64,000 nt of DNA from an uncultured delta proteobacterium (GTDB taxonomy: Bacteria > Desulfobacterota > Syntrophobacteria > Syntrophobacterales > Syntrophobacteraceae): the NCBI GenBank assembly GCA_963808625.1, contig CAWEHK010000037.1:1-64000 (forward strand). The letters run 5' to 3'. Below are positions 1 to 10,700 of the stretch, in pieces. Each line of letters opens with the position of its first letter. Positions within the stretch are counted from its first letter, which is position 1. A model generated the notes under the pieces. That model was given only the letters and a program-made list of their open reading frames with translations. It was not told where the DNA came from and did no database searches. Both the position numbers and the translations under genes were made by a program.

Positions 1-1
1 C

Positions 2-337
2 CAAAAGGATGGGCGCCACACCGGTCGCGATCTGGCCGAAAAACTCCTGAGCCATGACGCTCTGATGCCTTTTTCCATAGCCATCCTTTACGATACCTCC
101 ATCGATCTCAGGGATGCCTCGCTGGTGCTGTGGAAGGTCTTTAATAATGTCGATCCCAAGCGCGACATTATTAGACAAGCCGGCCGAATTGCCATCGATG
201 CCACCAGGAAGGGACCCGAAGACGATCACCATCGGCCGTGGCCGGACGATATCGTGATGGCTCCCGCTATCGTTGAACGAGTGGCCTCGCGGGCGGAGGA
301 ACTGGGCATTCAGGAACTTGTCCAACCACGCCGATAG
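2..337 (+). CDS. UbiD-family decarboxylase, C-terminal part (truncated by window edge)
   Basis: Open frame from base 2. VLWKVFNNVDPKRD...IAIDATRK...WPDDIVM is the typical UbiD/menaquinone decarboxylase C-terminus. Confidence 0.8.
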   Translation, partial: QKDGRHTGRDLAEKLLSHDALMPFSIAILYDTSIDLRDASLVLWKVFNNVDPKRDIIRQAGRIAIDATRKGPEDDHHRPWPDDIVMAPAIVERVASRAEELGIQELVQPRR

Positions 338-1190
338 TCGTAAGACCAAGCGGGTGGAATGCCGGAGAACAAAATCGCAAGAGCTTCCGTCACATGAGTC
401 GTGCAGATCCTGAATCGATCACGGACATAAGCTTTTGAAATATGATATGCTGGCTTGAAAGTCAGCGAGTATTGATGATTTATTTCCTGAGATCGCGAAG
501 TTACCACCAGCGTCTGGAAACTTGGTCGGAATCATCACCAGAGCAGGCGCGCTTAACAAAACAGCTGAGTTTCGTCTACTGGCCGCGTTGATCTAACGAT
601 AGCTCCCTTGGAGGAGGACAAATCCAATCGCCAAAAGTTGATGATTCAAAAACCATATCCACGCCAGACAATTCTCCCCTTCAAGGTTCTGGATCTGTTA
701 AGGTATCACCACTTTCTACTTTCCACGGTGACAGATTGCCGGGCTCTCAGCATAGCGGTGGCTTCACTCGGGTCTTCCTGCGAGGTTTGCCTTGGTGTGC
801 GGATGAAATGCGATTATTGAGGAAGTGGGGAGCGCTCACAGGTCAACGTATAGGCAGCTATCCATACCCGAGCGGTCGGTCAACCTGCTTTCGAGCCAAG
901 CTGCCCATCACTCCGCCCCCCAACACAATTACATACCCTGATGATGTTTCTAATCAACTGCCAAGAAATCGGCATGCAAATACTTTTTTGTTTTCTTATT
1001 GACAAGGCGCAAGAGTTTCGCTAGCAACCTATCTGCTATATTTTTGTAAGTGTTCAATTGTCTTGTTGTGCTGGCCGAAATAGGTTGAGTCGACCGCAGA
1101 ATCCTTTCGACCACTCCCGTGCTCCGATTGTCGAGAAGGCCCGAGAATGGGGCGTCAACCGAGATAATGTCAACAACCAAAAGAAGGAGA

Positions 1191-2816
1191 ATGATGAAAC
1201 GGATTTGGTTCACCATGTTGTGTAGTGTGCTGCTGGCATCTGCATTGCCTGCTCGCGCGGCCATTTTCTCTGAAAACTTCGAGTTGGGCCAGAATGGCTG
1301 GTCAGCGGACAACGGCGTGTGGGAGATTGGCGCGCCCAAAACCGTGGGGCCAGTTGCCTGTGCCGGGGGCAGCACGAACTGCGCCGGCACAAACCTCAGC
1401 GGCAACTATCCCGACGATAGTACGGATAGCCGCTTGCTCAGCCCTTCCATCGTGCTGCCCGCGGTGACCGGCACGCAGCAAATCCGCCTCCGTTTTTCGG
1501 AATGGCATCAGTACGCAGTGGCGGGCTATGAGGATGATCGCGGTAAGGTGCAGATCTCGATTTGGGACCCCAACGCGTTGTCCTGGTCGGCCTATCACGA
1601 TATTGGCGATCCAGTGCGCGCAGGCTCGCCGGTTTGGTCCGTCAAAGACCTGGATTTGACTGCCTACGCCAACCAAAAGGTGAAACTCGCGTTCCGCCAC
1701 ATTGACGATTGGGTGGACGGTGGCGACGAGGTCGCTTCTGGCTGGTACATAGACGACGTAGCGGTGATTCTGGAGACACCGCTACCCTGGACTGCTCTAG
1801 GCGGCGATTTTGAAGCGGGCTGGGGTCGGTGGAGCGCCGAAAACGGCCTTTGGGAGGTGGGCTCGCCTACGGCAGGCCCAGGCGCTTGCCACAAGGGCGG
1901 TTCTTGCGTTGGAACCATCTTGGCCGGCGATTATCCGGACTGGGACACCGATAGCGCCCTGTTCAGCCCTGAGATCCAGTTGCCTCCAATAACCGGATTT
2001 GAGGAAATCCTTCTGCGCTTTTGGGAATGGCATCAGTACGCAGTGGCGGGCTATGAGGATGATCGCGGTCAGGTGCAGATCTCGATTTGGGATCCCGCCC
2101 TCGACAAGTTGTCCTGGTCGGCCTGGAAGAATATTGGCGATCCAGTGCGGGGCTCGTCTGCCGTGTGGACACAAAAGGAAATCGATCTGACTGCCTACGC
2201 CAACCAAAAGGTGAAACTCGCGTTCCGCCACATTGACGATTGGGTGGACGGTGGCGACGAGGTCGCTTCTGGCTGGTACCTCGACGATATTGAAATCGTC
2301 GCGCCGCCGGGAGATCACGAACCCCAGGTCAACATAGTGCAGACGATCGGCATGAAAGACCTGAACGGCAAAGGCGGGCAGGTGGCGACCCTGGCCCTGA
2401 TCCGGGACGAAGTCAATGGTGACGCAATGGAAGTCTTGGTTCGGGATGCCTCCGACCTAACGCAGCATTCCATCATCAACTACGGGACGCCTCAAGGCAA
2501 GCAAGCGCCTCTCGCTTTGGCCGAAATGCCCGACCTTAACGGCAATGGCGCACCGGAAATTGCCGTGCTGATCAAGAACAACGACGGCTCCGTGGTCGTC
2601 GACATCCGCGACGCACTGACCTCGACGCTGATTAAACAAGTCAACTTTAACAAGATCAGTGCCCTCGCTAAGTCGCTTGTAGTGTTGGACGATTTGAACG
2701 GCAACGGCGTTCCCGAGCTCGGCGTATTGACTCATACCAGTAATGCCTTGACCGAGTCGCTGGTGATCAGGGATGCCGAATCCGGCAAACTCCTGAAGAA
2801 AATTGCTGTGCCGTAA
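1191..2816 (+). CDS. Secreted protein with two tandem beta-sandwich (immune inhibitor A / choice-of-anchor J-like) domains and C-terminal FG-GAP-like repeats
   Basis: AAGGAG RBS before ATG 1191/1194. Signal peptide ends in ARA-A. Duplicated FE.G..GW...GWY.DD domain. Two DLNGNG.PE..VL motifs. Confidence 0.7.
   Translation: MMKRIWFTMLCSVLLASALPARAAIFSENFELGQNGWSADNGVWEIGAPKTVGPVACAGGSTNCAGTNLSGNYPDDSTDSRLLSPSIVLPAVTGTQQIRLRFSEWHQYAVAGYEDDRGKVQISIWDPNALSWSAYHDIGDPVRAGSPVWSVKDLDLTAYANQKVKLAFRHIDDWVDGGDEVASGWYIDDVAVILETPLPWTALGGDFEAGWGRWSAENGLWEVGSPTAGPGACHKGGSCVGTILAGDYPDWDTDSALFSPEIQLPPITGFEEILLRFWEWHQYAVAGYEDDRGQVQISIWDPALDKLSWSAWKNIGDPVRGSSAVWTQKEIDLTAYANQKVKLAFRHIDDWVDGGDEVASGWYLDDIEIVAPPGDHEPQVNIVQTIGMKDLNGKGGQVATLALIRDEVNGDAMEVLVRDASDLTQHSIINYGTPQGKQAPLALAEMPDLNGNGAPEIAVLIKNNDGSVVVDIRDALTSTLIKQVNFNKISALAKSLVVLDDLNGNGVPELGVLTHTSNALTESLVIRDAESGKLLKKIAVP
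1500..2279 (+). repeat. Near-identical internal DNA repeats between the two domains
   Basis: ~1500-1567 matches ~2026-2092. ~1659-1748 is identical to ~2189-2279. Confidence 0.9.
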
Positions 2817-2965
2817 GTGGCCAAACTCCCGCTGGTTTCTTGCGATCAGGACCCGGCGGCTGTTAACGTTTATTCCTGTTGCGCATACCATGACGGGCGG
2901 GATATCCCCTCCCGCCCGTCTTTGCCAAACCTCACTGATATTCCTCAAACGTCGGCTCTACCGGT

Positions 2966-4270
2966 CTATGTATTGATATTCCCCGCCACCTCCGGGAACA
3001 CCCCGGCAACTCTGTCCATGGATGCCAGCCGCTCTTTCGCCTTCTGGAGGTGAGGCGAGTCTTGGGCGCCCTCGAAACGTTCCAAAGCCTCTGCGACCCA
3101 TTTCACCACATAGATATTTTCGTGCTCGACAAGCCTTTCTAAAATCGCAAGGCTTGCGGGACCGGGGACATTTCCGAGGACCTTGATCAGGCCCCCTTTT
3201 AGTTCGTCAAAAGCAGGATTTTCATTGAGGACGCTGTCAATAACGGTTACGGCCCGCTCCCCGAAGGTTTCAAGATTGGCAAGACATTTTTGGGCAAAGT
3301 AGGGAAAACGGAACATCGAAAGTTCTGCCAGAAGTTTGATGCTTTCATCCGTGCCATAAGCATGCAGAAGGTCCGGGACAAACAGGCTGGCCCAGGAAAA
3401 GTAATAGGTGAGGGGAAGGAGGTAAGGAATTGCCGGGGGTCCCTCGCGCTCAAGTCGTTCCAAAACCGAAGCCAGGCCCTGTCTGCGAATCAGGTAGCCA
3501 TCCTCCTGGCGGGAAGGGAAGCGCTGAGCATCATTGGCGGTCATCAGCTCCCTTGCAACCATTGCCAGCGAAGAATCCGCATGGGCTGGGAAGAGGTCGC
3601 GGTAAGCACGTGCTCGCTGAGCGATCCAGAACTTTTCAAGCCAGGTTGAAGGAGCGTAGAAATGAACGAGTTGGCTATGGTCACTTCCTTCTCTCTGGTG
3701 ATATCCCTGTTCCCGGAAGAAATCCCGTTCTTCGAGAGCCACCTGCCAGCGCTGACGGCATGCGACAGAAGCGTCATCATAATCACCCGCTGCGAGAAAG
3801 GATGTCACCAGCATATCATGAAGGCGGTCATCGTCGGGATAGGATTTCAGAAGACGGTGGGCGAGCATCTGTGCCCTTGGAAAATCCTGGGAAAACAGGA
3901 GGTCGAACCCATTCTTGACATCGTCTTCGAGTTTCTGCCGCGCTTTTGTCCGGTCCTCCAATTCCCGCAACTGGTCCTGGGGGAGGTTCTTCCTTGCTTC
4001 CTCGTGTTTGAGGAGACAGCATTTCTTGAACTTTTTGCCGGAGCCACAAGGACAGGGCTCGTTTCGTCCCGCCTTCTTCGTGCTTAGCTGCTCCGCAAGG
4101 ACGAGTTGATGGCGGGAGGTCTGATAAGCTTCAAGTCTTTTTTCGAGTTCTTCCCGCGTGATCCCATAGCTGCTGCAAATAGCCTCGGGGTCCCCACCCT
4201 GAAGCAAATCGAGGACGGGTTGCAGCGGGCCCTTTGATGGTGGCTGTGATCGCAATTTGTTCTCTTCCAT
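2966..4270 (-). CDS. SEC-C motif and HEAT-repeat protein
   Basis: GRNEPCPCGSGKKFKKCC (SEC-C Zn motif) and HEAT-like helices at the C-terminus. GAGGG RBS before ATG 4270. Confidence 0.75.
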   Translation of the reverse strand: MEENKLRSQPPSKGPLQPVLDLLQGGDPEAICSSYGITREELEKRLEAYQTSRHQLVLAEQLSTKKAGRNEPCPCGSGKKFKKCCLLKHEEARKNLPQDQLRELEDRTKARQKLEDDVKNGFDLLFSQDFPRAQMLAHRLLKSYPDDDRLHDMLVTSFLAAGDYDDASVACRQRWQVALEERDFFREQGYHQREGSDHSQLVHFYAPSTWLEKFWIAQRARAYRDLFPAHADSSLAMVARELMTANDAQRFPSRQEDGYLIRRQGLASVLERLEREGPPAIPYLLPLTYYFSWASLFVPDLLHAYGTDESIKLLAELSMFRFPYFAQKCLANLETFGERAVTVIDSVLNENPAFDELKGGLIKVLGNVPGPASLAILERLVEHENIYVVKWVAEALERFEGAQDSPHLQKAKERLASMDRVAGVFPEVAGNINT

Positions 4271-4710
4271 GAACACCCTCAAAATTCCCTTAATGGATGA
4301 TGTTGCTTGAAGACCTGGCTTATCCCATGCGAGCGATGCCGTTGCTCCGACTTCAGGAAAACTGACGGCCTACTTAACAGTTTTTCTCGATCATGTCAAA
4401 AAGATGCGATGGCTTGGCATAACCAACCCATCGGAGTTGCACCTTGACGCGCCGTAGTGAAGTGGATAAGCTAGAGCGATTATAGATAGAATCCTTTACG
4501 ATTACGCTGTCACCGCAGGTCTCACTGATGCTTTGCATGAACATCGGGGTCGAGATAGAAGCCTGGGCAATAAACGTCAGGGACGTGACTAAACGTCGGC
4601 TGAATGTGTATAAGTTAGAGTCGCTATAGAAGCCAGACGCATCAAGCGTCATGGAGGGGTACTTGAGTCATCCGATTTCAGCAAACTACCACCCGGTAGG
4701 GAAGGACAAA

Positions 4711-7700
4711 ATGAGAGCGACGAACCAATTCCTGGAGAGGCTTCGTTTTTCCCCAGGCCGGTCACCAGGCAGCCCTCTCGCAATATTGTTAATTTGCCTC
4801 TTTTGCGCCCTCTTCTTCGTTGGCCTGTCGTTGACCATGTCAAGGCCGGCAGAGAAATTACTGCGAGCGGACAGGTATGGCCAGCTCCCACTGTACTTTA
4901 TGAAGAACGAGGGGCAGCTCAATCCTGAGGTGAAGTATTACGAAAGGGGCCTGGGGCATTCCATCTTTTTTTCAGAAGAAGAAATTGTCTTCAGTTTTGA
5001 AAAAACGGGAGACCGTTTTGCTAATTTGTCTGAAGGTGAGTCCGTTGCGAGATCTACGGAAAGATCAAATTCGAGGCGCGGCGAAAAGGGCGCCGAATTC
5101 TCCCAAGTGCGGCTCTTCCCGATCGGCATTCACAAGGATGTCAGGATCGACGGCCAGGAACAACAGGATGGCAGGGTCAACTACTTCCTGGGGAAAGGTC
5201 CCGCGAAGTGGAAGACAAATATTCCAACATATGGATCCATTGTGTATCAGGAAGCCTATCCTGGCATTGATTTCAGATTCTACGGTTCGAATCAGCGTTT
5301 GGAATACGACGTCATCATCAAACCCGGCGCCAAGCCATCCCAGGTCAAGTTCGGATACCAAGGCGTGCAGAATTTCAGAACCACAGAAGAGGGGGACCTG
5401 CACTTAGAACTTCCTGATGGGGGCATCCTGGTTCACAAGAAACCAATGGCGTATCAGGAGATCAATGGGAAACATGTTAACGTCGCCGGAAGATTCGATA
5501 TCGAACAGCGGTCTCCGTACTCCTCAAAGGAAAGTCCTGACTTTGTCTTTGGGTTCGAGGTGGCTTCCTATAACGGAAACTACCCCCTCATTATCGACCC
5601 GGTGCTGGTTTACTCCACCTATGTCGGCGGCTCCGGAAGTGACGCCGGCTATGCCATTGCCGTTGACGCTCTGGGTGGCGCCTATGTGACCGGAAGAACT
5701 TCATCGTCCGACTTCCCCACCAAACCGCACTTGCAGAGCTCCTTTATGGGAGGGAGTGCCGACGTGTTTGTGTTGAAGCTCAATGCGGCGGGGGACAAAT
5801 TAGACTACTCCACCTATTTGGGGGGCAATGATACCCAATCCGGCTACGCCATCGCCGTGGATGAAACGGGCTGTGCCTACATAACGGGAGTGACCACGTC
5901 TCCCGACTTTCCCACCGTTAATCCTTATCCAAGCACCCCTGGGAGCCCAGATTCACCCCGCGCCTTTGTGGTCAAGCTGAACCCCAAAGGGTCGGTGGTC
6001 TATTCGACCTATCTCGGAGCCAGTCAAAGTGACACCGGCCTCGGGATTGCCGTGGACAGGGACGGCAAGGCTTATGTCACCGGTGAGACTTCTTCCTCCG
6101 ACTTTCCCATCGTCGGGAGTGCCTTCACCTATGGCGGCGGATCGTTTGATGCCTTCGTAGCGAAACTCGGTATATCCGGTGATGTACTTGAATATTCGAC
6201 GTTCCTCGGGGGCAATGATACCGACTCCGGTTATGGCGTCGCCGTCGATGATAACGGAAGCATATACATAGCGGGAGAAACTTCTTCATCTGACTTTCCA
6301 ATGGCCGGTGGGGCGCAGATTGAATATGGTGGCGGAGCGGCCGATGCTTTTGTGGTGAAAATCGACGGCACATCTGGTCTCATTGGCTACTCGACTTACC
6401 TGGGCGGCAGCGGCGCCGATTTTGGTCGGGGGATTGCAGTCGACCTTAATCATAGTGTTTACGTCACAGGCAAGACCTCATCGGCTTCTGGCTTTCCCCT
6501 TGCTAATCCCTGGCAGAGCGGGTTCGGCGGCGGTGCATTCGATGTTTTTGTCACGAAACTGGACCCCACGGGATACAGCCTTTCTTACTCTACCTTTCTT
6601 GGGGGCGATGGGAATGATACCGGTCAGGCCATTGCGGTGGACGGTAGCGGCAGGGCTTACGTTACCGGCCAAACCTCCGGGAATTTCCCCACGATAAAAG
6701 CGATCCAAAACGTCCATGGCGGGGGGAGTGCTGACGCTTTCGTCGCAAGGCTCAATGCCATGGGAGATAGCTTGGATTTCTCCACCTATCTTGGGGGCAC
6801 TGCCGATGACATCGGCTATGGCATTGCTACTGACTCCAAAGGCGACATCTACGTGGCGGGGAAGACATCGTCTGTCGATTTCCCCTGGATCGCCAACGCC
6901 TTTATGAAGGTGAACGGCGGAGGCTCTGATGCCTTTGTGGCCAAGCTCAACGCCCTGTTGGCCAGCTTCAGCGCCAGTCCAACCTCTGGTGGATATCCCC
7001 TTACGGTCAAGTTTACAGACCTGTCCGAAGGCACGATCTCGAGTTGGTCCTGGAATTTTGGTGATGGAAATTCCACTACTGCTCAAAATCCAAGCCACAC
7101 CTATGTGGCGCCCGGCAGTTACGCGGTAAGCCTGAAGGTCGGCGGTGAAGCTGGAAATGATACCGAGACAAGGGATGGTTATATTACGGTCACAAAACCG
7201 GACGTTACCATCGTTGCAACAAAGGCTCGTGTCTCTAAAGCGGGATCGGAAAAAGGCGAGTTTACAATTTCCCGCTCATCTTCAACAAGCGTTGACCTGA
7301 CCGTGAATTATACGCTTGGCGGATCAGCCAAGAACGGTATCGACTACCAAGCTTTGCCGGGGTCTGTGATAATTCCTGCGGGCGCCAGCTCTGCTGCCAT
7401 TTCACTCACTCCGATTGATGATGGCATCTATGACGGCAATCAGACGGCAACCGTTGACCTTTCCGGCGGCGCCCTTTATACCGTCGGCTCTCCCAATGCT
7501 GCCACCGTAACCATCGTCGATAATATTTTGCCTGCGGTGAGTGTCACGGCATCGTCTCCAAGCGTTCCGAGGTCAGGGTCGCAATCGGCTCAATTCGTTT
7601 TCACCACCAGCAAGGCTGCTTCCTTTCCGGTGACCGTAAACTACACCGTCGGCGGGACGGCAACCAGCGGCACCCATTTCAAACCCTTGACAGGGCCCGT

Positions 7701-10700
7701 TATCATTCCTGCCGGTTCTACTTCGGCAACCGTGGCGCTCACCCCCGTTGACGGTTTGTATGACGGCAACCACACGGTGGTGGTTACGCTCGCCAGCGGC
7801 TCCTTTTACACCATCGGTTCGCCCGCGACTGCGACGATAACCATCGTGGATAATTTTCCGGTGAGTGTCACGGCATCGACTCCAAGCGTCCCGAGGTCAG
7901 GCTCGCAATCGGCTCAATTCGTTTTCACCACCAGCAAGGCAGCTTCCTTTCCGGTGACCGTGAACTACACCGTCGGCGGGACGGCAACCAGCGGCGCCCA
8001 TTTCAAACCCCTGACAGGGCCCGTTATCATTCCTGCCGGTTCTACTTCGGCAACCGTGGCGCTCACCCCCGTTGATGGTTTGTATGACGGCAACCACACG
8101 GTGGTGGTTACGCTCGCCAGTGGTTCCTTTTACACCATCGGTTCGCCCGCGACTGCGACGATAACCATCGTGGATAATTTGCCGGTGAGTGTCACGGCAT
8201 CGACTCCAAGCGTCCCGAGGTCAGGGTCGCAATCCGCTCAATTCGTTTTCACCACCAGCAAGGCTGCTTCCTTTCCGGTGACCGTAAACTACACCGTCGG
8301 CGGGACGGCAACCAGCGGCGCCCATTTCAAGCCCATGACAGGGCCCGTGATCATTCCTGCCGGTTCTACTTCGGCAACCGTGGCGCTCACCCCCGTTGAC
8401 GGTTTGTATGACGGCAACCACACGGTGGTGGTTACGCTCGCCAGCGGCTCCTTTTACACCATCGGTTCGCCCGCGACTGCGACGATAACCATCGTGGATA
8501 ATTTGCCGGTGAGTGTCACGGCATCGACTCCAAGCGTCCCGAGGGCAGGGTCGCAATCCGCTCAATTCGTTTTCACCACCAGCAAGGCTGCTTCCTTTCC
8601 GGTGACCGTAAACTACACCGTCGGCGGGACGGCAACCAGCGGCACCCATTTCAAACCCATGACAGGGCCCGTTATCATTCCTGCCGGTTCTACTTCGGCA
8701 ACCGTGGCGCTCACCCCCGTTGACGGTTTGTATGACGGCAACCACACGGTGGTGGTTACGCTCGCCAGCGGTTCCTTTTACACCATCGGTTCGCCCGCGA
8801 CTGCGACGATAACCATCGTGGATAATTTGCCGGTGAGTGTCACGGCATCGACTCCAAGCGTCCCGAGGGCAGGGTCGCAATCCGCTCAATTCGTTTTCAC
8901 CACCAGCAAGGCTGCTTCCTTTCCGGTGACCGTAAACTACACCGTCGGCGGGACGGCAACCAGCGGCACCCATTTCAAACCCATGACAGGGCCCGTTATC
9001 ATTCCTGCCGGTTCTACTTCGGCAACCGTGGCGCTCACCCCCGTTGACGGTTTGTATGACGGCAACCACACGGTGGTGGTTACGCTCGCCAGCGGTTCCT
9101 TTTACACCATCGGTTCGCCCGCGACTGCGACGATAACCATCGTGGATAGTTTGCCGGTGAGTGTCACGGCATCGACTCCAAGCGTCCCGAGGTCAGGCCC
9201 GCAATCGGCTCAATTCGTTTTCACCACCAGCAAGGCTGCTTCCTTTCCGGTGACCGTGAACTACACCGTCGGCGGGACGGCAACCAGCGGCGCCCATTTC
9301 AAACCCATGACAGGGCCCGTTATCATTCCTGCCGGTTCTACTTCGGCAACCGTGGCGCTCACCCCTGTTGACGGTTCGTATGACGGCAACCACACGGTGG
9401 TGGTTACGCTTGCCAGCGGTTCCTTTTACACCATCGGTTCGCCCATGACTGCGACGATAACCATCGTGGATAGTTTGCCGGTGAGTGTCACGGCATCGAC
9501 TCCAAGCGTCCCGAGGTCAGGCCCGCAATCGGCTCAATTCGTTTTCACCACCAGCAAGGCTGCTTCCTTTCCGGTGACCGTGAACTACACCGTCGGCGGG
9601 ACGGCAACCAGCGGCGCCCATTTCAAACCCATGACAGGGCCCGTTATCATTCCTGCCGGTTCTACTTCGGCAACCGTGGCGCTCACCCCTGTTGACGGTT
9701 CGTATGACGGCAACCACACGGTGGTGGTTACGCTCGCCAGCGGTTCCTTTTACACCATCGGTTCGCCCGCGACTGCGACGATAACCATCGTGGATAATTT
9801 GCCGGTGAGTGTCACGGCATCGACTCCAAGCGTCCCGAGGTCAGGTTCGCAATCGGCTCAATTCGTTTTCACCACCAGCAAGGCTGCTTCCTTTCCGGTG
9901 ACCGTGAACTACACCGTCGGCGGGACGGCAACCAGCGGCGCCCATTTCAAACCCATGACAGGGCCCGTTATCATTCCTGCCGGTGCTAATTCGGCAACCG
10001 TGGCGCTCACCCCCGTTGACGGTTTGTATGACGGCAACCACACGGCGGTGGTTACGCTCGCCAGTGGTTCCTTTTACACCATCGGTTCGCCCGCGACTGC
10101 GACGATAACCATCGTGGATAATTTGCCGGTGAGTGTCACGGCATCGACTCCAAGCGTCCCGAGGTCAGGCTCGCAATCGGCTCAATTCGTTTTCACCACC
10201 AGCAAGGCTGCTTCCTTTCCGGTGACCGTGAACTACACCGTCGGCGGGACGGCAACCAGCGGCGCCCATTTCAAACCCATGACAGGGCCCGTTATCATTC
10301 CTGCCGGTTCTACTTCGGCAACCGTGGCGCTCACCCCTGTTGACGGTTCGTATGACGGCAACCACACGGTGGTGGTTACGCTCGCCAGCGGTTCCTTTTA
10401 CACCATCGGTTCGCCCGCGACTGCGACGATAACCATCGTGGATAGTTTGCCGGTGAGTGTCACGGCATCGACTCCAAGCGTCCCGAAGTCAGGCTCGCAA
10501 TCCGCTCAATTCGTTTTCACCAGCACCAGAGCGGCCTCGTTTCCGATAACTGTTAACTACACCGCTGGCGGGACGGCAAAAAGCGGCGCCAACTTTCTGC
10601 CGCTGGGGTCCGTAACCATCCCTGCGAACGCCACCTCTACCACCATGACGCTCACCCCTGTTGACGATCATTTGTATGACGGCAACCAAACGGTGGTGGT

